Assembly: GCA_040752415.1 (NCBI GenBank)
Contig: JBFMGU010000054.1
Coordinates: forward strand, 1-48,257
Origin: Myxococcota bacterium
GTDB taxonomy: Bacteria; Myxococcota; JACRCW01
Reading direction: 5' to 3'
Length of the DNA stretch: 48,257 nucleotides
This document shows, one piece after another, positions 9,966-19,542 of this stretch. The notes beneath the pieces are model-generated. The model did not search any database. It saw nothing but the letters and a program-made list of their open reading frames with translations, and had not been told where the DNA came from. Position 1 is the first letter of the stretch. Every line of letters begins with the position of its first letter. The position numbers and the translations under genes are program-made.

Positions 9966-11378
9966 TCACGGCGTGGGGGTCCCGCGACACGTCGACGGGG
10001 CGCTCACCGTGCACTGCGGCGTGAAGGTCTCCCCGTTGACGCGCGCCTCCAGGAAGTCCGCAATCTCCGCCAGGGCCCAGCTGGTGGCCTGCGTGTGTCC
10101 CGCGCCCGCGCACTCCAGGTAGGTCAGCGGCACGCCGGCGTTGCACAGCTCCGCGTACGCCGCGCGCTCAATGGGCGTGTGCACCAGCTGGTCGTTCTCG
10201 CCCAGGATGACGAGGAGGCCGTAGTCGTTGGCGTCATCCTGCAGGCGCGGGATGGACGTGGTGGTCAGCCCGTTCTCGACGAAGAGGCACCCGAACGGAT
10301 CATTGGCCAGGTTCCCCGACGAGGCCGCGGTCAACAGCTGCGGTTGGAACACGTCCGTGAGCTGCCCCTCGGTGGGGATGCCGTCGGTGGGGTCGCAGGA
10401 GGCGGCCAGCGCGGCGGGGATGTCCACGTCGTACGGGGAGCGGAACACCTCGCCCAGACGGCTGCCAAGCCCGTACCAGGGGGCGCTGGCGCCCAGCACC
10501 GCAATCACGTTCCCGGTGGCGTCGACGAGCTCCGTGAGCGCGCGCTCCGCCTGGCCCAGCAGGTCCGCGGGCGGCACGGTGGCCACGCCGCCCAGCAAAG
10601 TCAGCTCCCGCGCGTAGTAGGGCGCCAGCCGGTCCACCCACAGCGCCGCGTGTCCGCCCTGGGAGCCGCCCAGCATCACCACGCGCGGGCTCACCACCAC
10701 GTCGTCCATCTCGTCCGGCGGGGTGCGACCGGTGGCGCGCACCGCGTCGAGCGCGGCAATGGCCGTGGCCTGGCCCACCAGGTACGGGTGCGGGAAGCCG
10801 GTGGGCGGACCGGAGGCCTTCAGCCCCAGGTAGTCGGGCGCCACCACCACGTAGCCCAGCGTGGCGAAGTAGGAGGCCAGCAGCTTCCCCGTCGCGTCGC
10901 GGTCCAGGGAGCACCCGTCGGTGAATCCCTGCGTGCCGTGCAGCACCAGCAGGACGGGCGCGGGTGGAGCATCGCGCGGCAGCCCGAAGGGCCAGGCCAC
11001 GAGCGCGGTGGCCTCCAGCATCACGCCACGGTCCTGCGTGCGGTAGGTGATGGTGGTGACCTTGGCGTCGTAGAACGGCGCGTTCGGGAGGGTGAGGTCA
11101 CCGGCGGCGGCCAGGCCGTCCAGGTAGTCCGCGGTGTTGTGCACCGGCTCGGTGCGGGAGACGGTGGTGCCCAGCTCGTCGGAGCGCAGCCACACGTGCG
11201 AGGGCTGACCGCAGCGCGCGGGGTTGTTGGCCAGCGCGTCGGTCTCCGCGGTGCCCGCCACCTGCGGCGCGGGGAATCCCACGGGCGCGGAGGCATCCGG
11301 AGCCCCCGGCTCCGAGGGTTGACTGCACGACGCCACCAACACGGGCAGCAGGGACTTCCACCAGCTCGACATGGACAT
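9966..11378 (-). CDS. Secretory lipase (LIP)-family alpha/beta hydrolase lipoprotein
   Basis: Lipobox LVASC; HGTQG, VAPDYLGL, GGSQGG nucleophile elbow, GENDQLV, GAGH. Confidence 0.88.
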   Translation of the reverse strand: MSMSSWWKSLLPVLVASCSQPSEPGAPDASAPVGFPAPQVAGTAETDALANNPARCGQPSHVWLRSDELGTTVSRTEPVHNTADYLDGLAAAGDLTLPNAPFYDAKVTTITYRTQDRGVMLEATALVAWPFGLPRDAPPAPVLLVLHGTQGFTDGCSLDRDATGKLLASYFATLGYVVVAPDYLGLKASGPPTGFPHPYLVGQATAIAALDAVRATGRTPPDEMDDVVVSPRVVMLGGSQGGHAALWVDRLAPYYARELTLLGGVATVPPADLLGQAERALTELVDATGNVIAVLGASAPWYGLGSRLGEVFRSPYDVDIPAALAASCDPTDGIPTEGQLTDVFQPQLLTAASSGNLANDPFGCLFVENGLTTTSIPRLQDDANDYGLLVILGENDQLVHTPIERAAYAELCNAGVPLTYLECAGAGHTQATSWALAEIADFLEARVNGETFTPQCTVSAPSTCRGTPTP

Positions 11379-11451
11379 GCGCACGAACCTCGCTCAGGCG
11401 CGGGAGACAGACCGCCTGCCCGTCGCGGTGTCAAGGTCCGTGCGCGGTCCG

Positions 11452-12786
11452 TCAGCAGCCCTCGTTCACCAGGCCGTCGCAGTCATTGTCCAGCGCGTCG
11501 CCGCACTGCTCGGGCCCGGCCGGGATGTTCTGCACGCAGCTCAGCGCGCCGCCCACGCACGCCGTGGTGCCCGCCGCGCACACCCCGGGCCGACCGGTGT
11601 TGCACGCGCTCCCGCCGCCCGGGTTGCCCTCGTCGACGGTGCCGTTGCAGTTGTTGTCGCGCCCGTCGCAGACCTCCGGGGAGGGCTGGTTGGTGGCCAC
11701 GCAGACCACCGCGCCATTGGAGCATTGCGTGACACCCAGCGAGCACACGCCCAGCTGGCCGGTGCTGCACGAGGCGCCTCCGCCCGGGTTCCCGTCGTCG
11801 ATGACCGCGTCGCAGTCGTTGTCCAGGCCGTCGCAGAGCTCGGGCCGCGCGGGGTTGATGGACGCGTTGGTGTCGTTGCAGTCCGCGCCGCCGCAGGTGC
11901 TGCTGGTGAAGCCGTCCTGGTCGTTGTCGAAGCACGCACACACCGCGTCCTGGCCGTCGCAGTCCTGGTCCACGTTGTCACCGCAGACCTCGGGGGCACC
12001 GGGGAACCGCTGTGCGTTGTTGTCGTCGCAGTCCCCGCCGCCGCAGGCCAGCTCCCCGAACCCGTCGCGGTCGACGTCCTGGCATGGGCAGGCGAGGTCC
12101 ACGCCGTCGCAGTCCTGGTCAATGGTGTCGCCGCAGGGGTCGGGCGCACCGGGGAAGATCCGGGCGTCGCCGTCGTCGCAATCACCGCCGCCGCACACCG
12201 CGTCACCAAAACCGTCCCGGTCCACGTCGGCGCAGGCCCCGGTGCACACGCTGGGCTGGCCGGTGCAGGTGAATCCCGGCTCCACCTGGCAACGGAACGA
12301 GCAACCGTCGCCGCTGGTGAGGTTCCCGTCGTCACACGTCTCATCCGGGGACTCCACCACGCCGTTGCCGCAGTCGACGAAGTCCGCCGTCACGTTGACC
12401 CGGCCATTGCGACGCAGCTGGAGCGTCACGCTGCTGGGCGGGCTGTGCACCACGTACGCGCTGACCGGATCCCCCACCCAGGTGGGCACCGAAGACGACG
12501 ACAACGTGGAGCACCCGCCCTGGAACGCGTTGCCCGTGAAGTCCACCTGTCCCGTAGGCAGGCCGCTGAGGAAGAACTCCGTGGAGGAACCTGGTTGGAC
12601 GTCGAACGACCGGGTCACGGTGCGCGTTCCCTCCACGGTGACCTGCACGCAGGACACGTCGGAAGGCGCCTGGGAGAGCGCCACCACCGCGGTACCGTTG
12701 TCCACCACGTCGACACCGTCGCCGCGGTTGCCGCAGCCCATCGTCGTCAGCGCGGCCAGCAGGAACGCGCCAGGTGCAATTCTCAT
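11452..12786 (-). CDS. Lipoprotein with myxobacterial Cys-rich repeat and multiple putative metal-binding (MopE-like) repeats
   Basis: Lipobox MGC; CGNGVV..ETCDDGN..GDGCS; repeated DCDD..PGAPE.C.D..DQDCDG. Confidence 0.88.
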   Translation of the reverse strand: MRIAPGAFLLAALTTMGCGNRGDGVDVVDNGTAVVALSQAPSDVSCVQVTVEGTRTVTRSFDVQPGSSTEFFLSGLPTGQVDFTGNAFQGGCSTLSSSSVPTWVGDPVSAYVVHSPPSSVTLQLRRNGRVNVTADFVDCGNGVVESPDETCDDGNLTSGDGCSFRCQVEPGFTCTGQPSVCTGACADVDRDGFGDAVCGGGDCDDGDARIFPGAPDPCGDTIDQDCDGVDLACPCQDVDRDGFGELACGGGDCDDNNAQRFPGAPEVCGDNVDQDCDGQDAVCACFDNDQDGFTSSTCGGADCNDTNASINPARPELCDGLDNDCDAVIDDGNPGGGASCSTGQLGVCSLGVTQCSNGAVVCVATNQPSPEVCDGRDNNCNGTVDEGNPGGGSACNTGRPGVCAAGTTACVGGALSCVQNIPAGPEQCGDALDNDCDGLVNEGC

Positions 12787-13042
12787 GTCTTCCCCCGTTG
12801 GTCCGTGATCCCGGCGGCCCGTAGACCCCGGACGCGGTGATGGTGCGCGTCACGACGTGGAGGTCGTGTGCGGCGACACCGTTGGATTGTGGGCAGGTCA
12901 ACCACGAGGGTCCCCACACGGGGTCGCCCCTCGGGATTCAGGGAATGCGGGGTTTTGGTAACCACGGCGCCACGGCGTCGCAACCGCTGTGCAACCGGCG
13001 TGCGGTTGTGTGCGCGCATTCCTCCGGTGCACCCTGCGCATC

Positions 13043-14314
13043 ATGGCCAGGGCCACCAAGCTGCCGCGTGAGCTGCGCGAAGCCCGTCGCCGCGTGGAGC
13101 GCGCGTTCTGTGCCGCGGAGCGCGCGGTGTTCGGCGTGGGTGACGACGAGAGCCTGGCCCCCGACCCCATCTCCTGGCTGCGCGAACAGCTCACCGCGCT
13201 GCACCCGGGTGACCTGGCGGGCCGGGAGATGCTGACGCGTCGCCTGCGTGAGCTGGAGGGCGCCGCCACGGAGGAATCCGCCCGCACGCGCTACCGGGAG
13301 GCCCACGGCGTCTCGGAGGTGACCTGCACGCGCTCGTCGGGCGGTGCACGCATCTATCGCGTGGTGGCCACCACGTTCCCCGGGCACGAGAACTACGTGT
13401 ACCTGGTGGTCTCCGACGCGGGCGTCATCCTGTTCGACGTCGGCAGCGGGCCGCACAGCCGGGAGGAGATCCTGCGCGGACTCACCGTGGTGCAGCGCGT
13501 GTGGGGCGAACGCGTGGCGCTTGCCGACGTGAAGGTGGTCTTCATCAGCCACGCGCACATCGACCACTTTGGCGACGCGGCCTTCTTCCGCCAAGCCACC
13601 GGCGGCCGGCTCATGGTGCACGAGCTGGATGCGCGCGTGCTCACGCGGTTCGAGGAGCGTCGCGTGGTGGCGGCCAAGGACATGGCGGTGTTCCTGGCGC
13701 GCGCGGGCCTGGGCCTCAACGAGCGCGAGCGGCTGGAGCGCATGTACCTGCGCGGCAAGGGCGGCTTCGAGGGTGTGGAGGTGGACCGTCGGCTGCGCAG
13801 CGGGGACCGCATCCTGGGGCGCTACGAGGTCATCCACACGCCCGGCCACTGCCCCGGGCACCTGTGTCTGCGCGTCGACAACGTGCTCCTGGTGGCGGAC
13901 CAGGTGCTGGACCCCATCACGCCCAACCTCTCACCGCAGCATCTCACCAGCTTCAATGGGCTGGAGAGCTACCTGGGCAGCCTGTTCAAGCTGCGCACGT
14001 TGGAGGGGATAGAGCACGTGCTGCCCGCGCACGCGAATCCCATCCCGTCGCTGAGCGCGCGCATCGACCAGATCATCGAGCATCACCAGGAGCGCCTCAT
14101 GGCGGTGCTGGAGGCGTGCACGCAACGGCCGCGCGTGCTGGCCGAGATTGCCGAAGTGCTCTACGGCCGCCAGGAGGAATACAACGTGATCCTGGCGCTG
14201 ACGGAGGCGGGCGCGCACGTGGAGTACCTGCACCAGTACGGCCGGCTGCGCATTGCCAACCTGGACGCGGTGCGGGAACAACGCGACCCGGTCCTGGAGT
14301 ACGTCACCGATTGA
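13043..14314 (+). CDS. MBL-fold metallo-hydrolase
   Basis: SHAHIDHFG (HxHxDH), HTPGHCPGH, VADQVL, LPAH, C-terminal AHVEYL winged-helix-like tail. Confidence 0.9.
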   Translation: MARATKLPRELREARRRVERAFCAAERAVFGVGDDESLAPDPISWLREQLTALHPGDLAGREMLTRRLRELEGAATEESARTRYREAHGVSEVTCTRSSGGARIYRVVATTFPGHENYVYLVVSDAGVILFDVGSGPHSREEILRGLTVVQRVWGERVALADVKVVFISHAHIDHFGDAAFFRQATGGRLMVHELDARVLTRFEERRVVAAKDMAVFLARAGLGLNERERLERMYLRGKGGFEGVEVDRRLRSGDRILGRYEVIHTPGHCPGHLCLRVDNVLLVADQVLDPITPNLSPQHLTSFNGLESYLGSLFKLRTLEGIEHVLPAHANPIPSLSARIDQIIEHHQERLMAVLEACTQRPRVLAEIAEVLYGRQEEYNVILALTEAGAHVEYLHQYGRLRIANLDAVREQRDPVLEYVTD

Positions 14315-14452
14315 CGTCGTGACCCGGGCACCGTCGCGGACGCGGAATGTCCAAGGTTGTCCGCGTGGCGCGGGCCAATACACCAGCCGTGAGACACCCC
14401 TTCAGATGGCGCATGTGGCGCCTGCGCAGGGGTACCGCTTCCGGGGAATCCC

Positions 14453-14890
14453 ATGGGCAGAACAGGAATCGTGCCTCGCTTCCGTGGCATTGCATTGTTC
14501 TTCGTGTTGATGCTGGCGCTTGTTCCCGCCGCCCGCGCCGACGAGGGCGTGAACCCGGACGAGCTGATGTGCTCGCCCGTCGTGAAGGCCGCGCGCGCCG
14601 CCGCCCACGCCACGTTCACCAACGTGTCCGACTCCGTGGTCCCGCCCCGCTCCGGCATGGGTGGTGGCGCCGGTGGTGATGACGTGGACTGTGACTGCTG
14701 GTGCGACGACGACGATTGTCACTGCCGCTGCGACGAGGATGATGACGACGACGACATCGAGTGCCGCTGCGAGTGCGATGATGACGACTGCGACTGTGAG
14801 TGCGATGAGGATGATGACGACGACGATGATGACGATGATTGCTTCTGCTGGTGCGACGACGACGATTGCCGCTGCCACTGCGATGACTGA
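14453..14890 (+). CDS. Small secreted Asp/Cys-rich repeat protein
   Basis: Sec signal ending AARA/D; three CxCxC-DDDD-CxCxC modules separated by poly-Asp; GGGGA RBS-like sequence upstream. Confidence 0.7.
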   Translation: MGRTGIVPRFRGIALFFVLMLALVPAARADEGVNPDELMCSPVVKAARAAAHATFTNVSDSVVPPRSGMGGGAGGDDVDCDCWCDDDDCHCRCDEDDDDDDIECRCECDDDDCDCECDEDDDDDDDDDDCFCWCDDDDCRCHCDD

Positions 14891-15897
14891 CGCGTGGCCT
14901 GGTCCAGCATTCCCACCAGCGTGCGCGCCACGGCGTGCATGAACGGGCCGTCGAGGGTGTCGGCGGTGTCGGTGCCGCGGTGGTAGTGCGGGTTGCGGAA
15001 GTTGCCGGTGTCGGTGAGGAACACCGCGGGGATTCTCCGACGCCAGAGCGGTCCGTGGTCGCTGCGCCAGAGGTCGGGGAGGTGCTCGGCCACCATGCGG
15101 GGCGCGGCTGCGGTGAGGAGCGGGAGCTCCGGCGCGTGTGCATCCCGCGCGTCCACCATCCTCCCGACGAGCTCGCGGCTCTCCCACAACGTGATGACCG
15201 CCAGGAAGTCGCCGCGGTCGGGCATGATCCAGTGCAGCGGGAAGGGACCGCGCTGGCTTCCCGGTGACTTGTTCGTGAACCCCACCACGTCCAGCACCAC
15301 CACGCCGGCGATCCTTTCCGCCATCTCCTCGGGCAGCGCGTCCGTCCACGCGGTGCTCCCCGCCAGGTACACCTCCTCCTCGTTGAAGAAGACCCAGATC
15401 ACCCGGGAGGCGCCCGGTCGCTGTCGCAGCTCTCCCGCCGCTGTCACCGCGACCGCCACCCCGCTGCCGTTGTCGTCGGCGCCGGGGCTGCCTTTGACGC
15501 TGTCCAGGTGTGCGGCCACCAGCCACAGCGGTCCGCTCTCGACGAGGGCGTGCGTGGCCACCAGCGTGTGCGTGGGAGGATGCGGCGCGTGACGTCGTGC
15601 TTCCGGCAACCTGGCGTGGTCCACCGCCACGCGTTGCACCTGGTAGCCGCGCTCCTCCATCCACCGCGACACCAGGTCCTCCGTCTGCGCCAGCGCGGCC
15701 CCGTTGAAGGGAGAGCGCGAGGGCGGCAACGCACGCACCAGCGCCAGCAGCCCTTCCACCTCCGCACCCGACGACGCCGATGTGCCCACGCCGGGCCGGT
15801 ACGCGGGCAGCAGGACGTGGGCCGCTCCCGCCAGGAGGAGCAGCAGCACGAGCACCACGACGGGCCAGCGACGTCCACGCGTCAGCACGGAGCGCAT
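14719..15897 (-). CDS. M28 family metallopeptidase
   Basis: N-terminal TM; AAHLDS..SPGADDNGSGVA, FFNEEE..LAGS, LDVVG, SDH, YHRGTDT. Its 3' tail overlaps the Asp/Cys gene antisense. Confidence 0.9.
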   Translation of the reverse strand: MRSVLTRGRRWPVVVLVLLLLLAGAAHVLLPAYRPGVGTSASSGAEVEGLLALVRALPPSRSPFNGAALAQTEDLVSRWMEERGYQVQRVAVDHARLPEARRHAPHPPTHTLVATHALVESGPLWLVAAHLDSVKGSPGADDNGSGVAVAVTAAGELRQRPGASRVIWVFFNEEEVYLAGSTAWTDALPEEMAERIAGVVVLDVVGFTNKSPGSQRGPFPLHWIMPDRGDFLAVITLWESRELVGRMVDARDAHAPELPLLTAAAPRMVAEHLPDLWRSDHGPLWRRRIPAVFLTDTGNFRNPHYHRGTDTADTLDGPFMHAVARTLVGMLDQATRQSSQWQRQSSSSHQQKQSSSSSSSSSSSSHSQSQSSSSHSQRHSMSSSSSSSSQRQ

Positions 15898-16041
15898 TGG
15901 GCCCGGACGGCGCGCGAAGGTCAACGGTTGCCGGCGGGAACCCGTCGCCACCTCGTCGGCGCCGGCGGGAAGTCCGCGCAGGTGAAGGAACGCGGACGGG
16001 GTGCTATCCGTCGCTGGTTCCGACGGTGGATGGAGGCGCGG

Positions 16042-17199
16042 ATGGGTCTTGAGCGCAAGCTGCGGGAGTGGGAGCGCGCGGGACTGCTGGAGCACCACGT
16101 CGTGGAACGCATCCTCAGCTACGAGGAGGAACGCTCCCGCCCCTACGCGCTGTACGTCGTGGGTGGGCTGGGCGCGCTGGCCATTGTGCTGGGCGTCATC
16201 TCCGTGGTGGCGGCCAACTGGGCGGAAATTCCCCGCGGGGTGAAGATGGCGGTGGACCTGGCGGCCGTGGCCGGTTTGGCCTGGGCGGTGCACCGCGCCC
16301 ACGACGGGGGCAAGCCCTGGGCCCACGAGGTGCTGCTCATCCTGCTGCAGGGCCTGGTGCTCGCGTCCATTGCGCTCATTGGCCAGACGTATCACCTGGG
16401 CGGAAAGCCGTGGCAGGCGCTGCTGGCGTGGGCGCTGATGACGCTCCCCGCGATGTTGATGGGCACCTCGCACGCGTCCGCGCTGGCATTGCTGGTGGCG
16501 CTCAACGCTGGCGTCGTCACCTCGACGGTGGAGTGGCTGGAGGGGTTGCGCTGGTCGCGACTGTGGCTGCTGGTGCTGGGGATGTCCCTGCTCGGCACCT
16601 GGCCCCTGCTGCACATCCTGGTCTCGCGCATCCGCGCGCTCACCACGTGGCGACCCGCGCTGGCCGAGGTGCTCTCCGCCGTGGGCTGGGTGACGGTGTT
16701 GTGGGGTGCCGTGGTGGGCCAGCACCTGTGGTACGCACGGCTCACCGGTGACAACGTGGAACGCGAGGCGTTGGTGCTCTCCCTGCTGCCGGTGGGCGTG
16801 GTGGCGCTGGCGCTGCTCCTCACCCCGCACGACGAGGACGCGCCGTCCCCCGCCCACCGCACCGAGCGTGCGCTGCTCCTCTACGCGCTGGTGACGGGCT
16901 ACGCGCCGTTGGTGATTCCCCATGAGCCGCTGGGCGTGCTGGCGGCGCTCTCGTTCCTGGGATTCTGCGCGCTCCTGGCCTTCCTGGCGTACCAGCGACG
17001 TCAGGTGTGGCTCTTCAACCTCGCCACCGCGGGCATGGCGGTGCGACTGCTGGGAATCTTCGTGGAGCTGTTTGGCAGCCTGATGACCACCGGGCTCGGG
17101 CTCATCGTCGGGGGCGTGGTGGTGCTGATGGTGGCACGCTTCTGGGTCCGCCAGACCCGCCAGTTCCGGGAGCAGATGCGCGGAGGCGTGACGCCATGA
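16042..17199 (+). CDS. DUF2157 domain membrane protein
   Basis: RBS GGAGG; W...GLL, LGALAIVLGVISVVAANWAEIP..VK, ALIGQTYHL; many TM helices. Confidence 0.88.
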   Translation: MGLERKLREWERAGLLEHHVVERILSYEEERSRPYALYVVGGLGALAIVLGVISVVAANWAEIPRGVKMAVDLAAVAGLAWAVHRAHDGGKPWAHEVLLILLQGLVLASIALIGQTYHLGGKPWQALLAWALMTLPAMLMGTSHASALALLVALNAGVVTSTVEWLEGLRWSRLWLLVLGMSLLGTWPLLHILVSRIRALTTWRPALAEVLSAVGWVTVLWGAVVGQHLWYARLTGDNVEREALVLSLLPVGVVALALLLTPHDEDAPSPAHRTERALLLYALVTGYAPLVIPHEPLGVLAALSFLGFCALLAFLAYQRRQVWLFNLATAGMAVRLLGIFVELFGSLMTTGLGLIVGGVVVLMVARFWVRQTRQFREQMRGGVTP

Positions 17200-17708
17200 G
17201 CCTCCTTCCTCGTCGTCGACGTTTGCTCGCGCTGGCGCTGCCCCTGGTGGTGCTGTTCCTGATGGTGGTGCGCGCGGAGCTGGTGCTGGCCACCGGCCGC
17301 CACTACGAGCTGGCCATCTCCGGCTACGACCCGCGCGACCTCCTGCGCGGCCAGTACCTGCGCTACCGCATCGAGTGGAACGCCAGCCCGCCCCCGTCGT
17401 GCGTGGAGGGCAGCGAGCCGCCGTGTTGCTTGTGTGTGGAGGCCGACGCCACGCCGGAGAACCCGCGCGTGCGCACCACGCCGTGTGAGCGCGTCAACGA
17501 GTGCCAGGCCTTCATTCGCGCCTCCGAGCTCTCCAACCTGGAGAAGTACTTCGTGCCGGAGGACATGGGGCTGCCGCTGGAGCGGGCCATCCGCGACCGG
17601 CGGGCCAGCATCCGCGTGGCGGTTTCTCCGCGGGGTGACGCCGTCATCGAGGAGCTCTTGCTGGATGGACGCCCGTGGCGTGAGGTGGTGGGCGAGGAGC
17701 CGCGGTGA
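17196..17708 (+). CDS. GDYXXLXY domain-containing protein
   Basis: ATGA-coupled to DUF2157 gene; YDPRDLLRGQYLRY and KYFVPE motifs. Confidence 0.88.
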   Translation: MSLLPRRRRLLALALPLVVLFLMVVRAELVLATGRHYELAISGYDPRDLLRGQYLRYRIEWNASPPPSCVEGSEPPCCLCVEADATPENPRVRTTPCERVNECQAFIRASELSNLEKYFVPEDMGLPLERAIRDRRASIRVAVSPRGDAVIEELLLDGRPWREVVGEEPR

Positions 17709-17709
17709 A

Positions 17710-19086
17710 TCAGAACACCGCCGACATCGGTCCGCCGCCGCGCAGCGCGGTGGGCACCAGCGTCGTCACGGGCAGGTTGTAGGGGAGCAGCACGCCGGGA
17801 CGGAACTCAAAGCGGCACTGTCCCCACTCCATCAACGACTGGAACCGCGACACCGCGAACTGCTCCGCCACCTCGGTGAGCGCCGCCGGCCCCGCAATGG
17901 CCAGCCGGGCGAGCGACGCGGTCAATCCCTCACCACGTGTCAGCAGGTCGTTCACCAGGGCCAGCAGGCGCGCGTCACCCGTCGACTCGCGGTCAAACAC
18001 CACGTCCAGGAAGTTGTCCTCCGCGGTGGTGACGCACACGTAGTGCACCTTCCCCTCGACGAGGAAGATCGCTGCGTAGCCACCGGTGTTGCTGGTGAGG
18101 GAGAGCGCGCCGGTCTCCCGGTTCTGCTCGAACGCGCTGAGCAGGCCCTCCATCCGCAGCGTGTTGGTGGAGCCAGCGTGACGGGGCGGGTCGCCCAGGC
18201 CTGGGAAGAGCGCCAGGTGATCCAGGGCCAGCCAGCGGCCCACGTCGGTGGCGGCGAGGGGATGGCCGCCCGGCGGGGTCACGGTGAACTCCCTCCCGGT
18301 GCGTTTGTGACAGACGAAGCGCAACAGGTCGCGCGCAGTGAGGACGCGACTGCCCGCCACGGCGTGGATCACGGTGAAGGCGTCCTCGTTCACCCTGGGC
18401 GGCGAGGGACGCGGCGCCGGCGGCGCGACGACGGGCGGGGGCGGCGGCGTGTACGTTGGCGGCGGTGTTGCCACCCGCGGTGCCGCGACGACCGGAGGAG
18501 GCGGCGGTGGTGGCGGCGGTTCGGGCTCGGGCTCGGGCTCGGGTTCCGGTTCCGGTTCCGGTTCGGACTCCACCGCGGCCACCATCTCGCCCAGGGCCTC
18601 GGCGGTGGTGGCGTCCTCGGGGAAGTCCATTCCCTCCTCGAGGCCCGAGGCCACCACCACTTCTTCCTCGGCGGCAACTCCCTCCATCAGCTCGGCGGGG
18701 TCGTCTTGCGGGATGGGGAATTCCAGCTCGCTCTCGTCAATGTCGTCGGTGGCAACGATCACCGACGTGGATTCGTCGGCGAGCTCGGGGTCGGCGTCGT
18801 CGAAGGAGAACAGCGGGAGGGCGCCCTTGGCGGGCGTGGGGGCGGGCGGTGCCGCGGGTGCGGTGCGCGCCGGTGGCGGAGGCTCAAGCTTCACCGCGCG
18901 AGGAGGCGGCGCCACGTTGCCACCCGGCGGAGTGCTCTCCCCCGGGATGGGCGTGACGTCATCCCAGGATTCCGCGCTCGTCACCGCCGGCTCCTCGCCG
19001 GGAACGGGCGTCTTGTCGTCCCAGTCGTCGGCCTTGGGTGGGGGCGGCTTGCCTGGAGCGGCGCGGCGCGGGGGAGGCTGCTTCAT
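17710..19086 (-). CDS. Pro/acidic-rich protein with C-terminal DUF4388-like domain
   Basis: Low-complexity N-terminus (WDDxTP repeats, EPEPEP, poly-P); C-terminal LLSAFEQNRETGALSL...IFLVEGKV...LMEWGQCRFEF. Confidence 0.7.
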   Translation of the reverse strand: MKQPPPRRAAPGKPPPPKADDWDDKTPVPGEEPAVTSAESWDDVTPIPGESTPPGGNVAPPPRAVKLEPPPPARTAPAAPPAPTPAKGALPLFSFDDADPELADESTSVIVATDDIDESELEFPIPQDDPAELMEGVAAEEEVVVASGLEEGMDFPEDATTAEALGEMVAAVESEPEPEPEPEPEPEPEPPPPPPPPPVVAAPRVATPPPTYTPPPPPVVAPPAPRPSPPRVNEDAFTVIHAVAGSRVLTARDLLRFVCHKRTGREFTVTPPGGHPLAATDVGRWLALDHLALFPGLGDPPRHAGSTNTLRMEGLLSAFEQNRETGALSLTSNTGGYAAIFLVEGKVHYVCVTTAEDNFLDVVFDRESTGDARLLALVNDLLTRGEGLTASLARLAIAGPAALTEVAEQFAVSRFQSLMEWGQCRFEFRPGVLLPYNLPVTTLVPTALRGGGPMSAVF

Positions 19087-19542
19087 GGGGGAGAACGAAA
19101 CGCCCCCACGATTTCCCAAGCCGGTGGCGATGACAAGCGGGGGGATACGCGACCACATCGTCGGGTGGGGGGCCCGACCGCCAGGGGCTCCCGTCGGTTG
19201 CGCAGCGAAGCTCAACACTGCCGGATACGCCCCAGCACACCGACGCCGGGACCCTCACATCCTGATGACTCGGTTGACGGTCTGCCTCGCCACACGGTTT
19301 CGTCCCAGCCTTAGCCGGGAAGCCCACACCTGACGGCGGTGGCTTCGCCAGGCTCACGCCCTCTTGAGCGGCCTGTCCGTGGTGGACCCTTCCGCTGCGC
19401 ATCATTCACGCGGTCCTCGTCAATGAAGTGGGCCGGGGCGAGGTCATCGCCAGCGACACTGTCGTGACGTGCACGGGTCATCTGGGTTGCGCACTGCGCT
19501 GACCAGGTGGTCGTGATAGGGCTGCGGGTACGGAGAACCTTC

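Noticed and set aside
14719..16923. 734-aa version of the M28 peptidase
   Set aside because: The upstream ~340 codons are mostly antisense to the DUF2157 gene; the likely start is 15897, before the TM segment.
19262..19310. CTGATGA and GAAAC suggesting a hammerhead ribozyme
   Set aside because: The two core elements lie on opposite strands.
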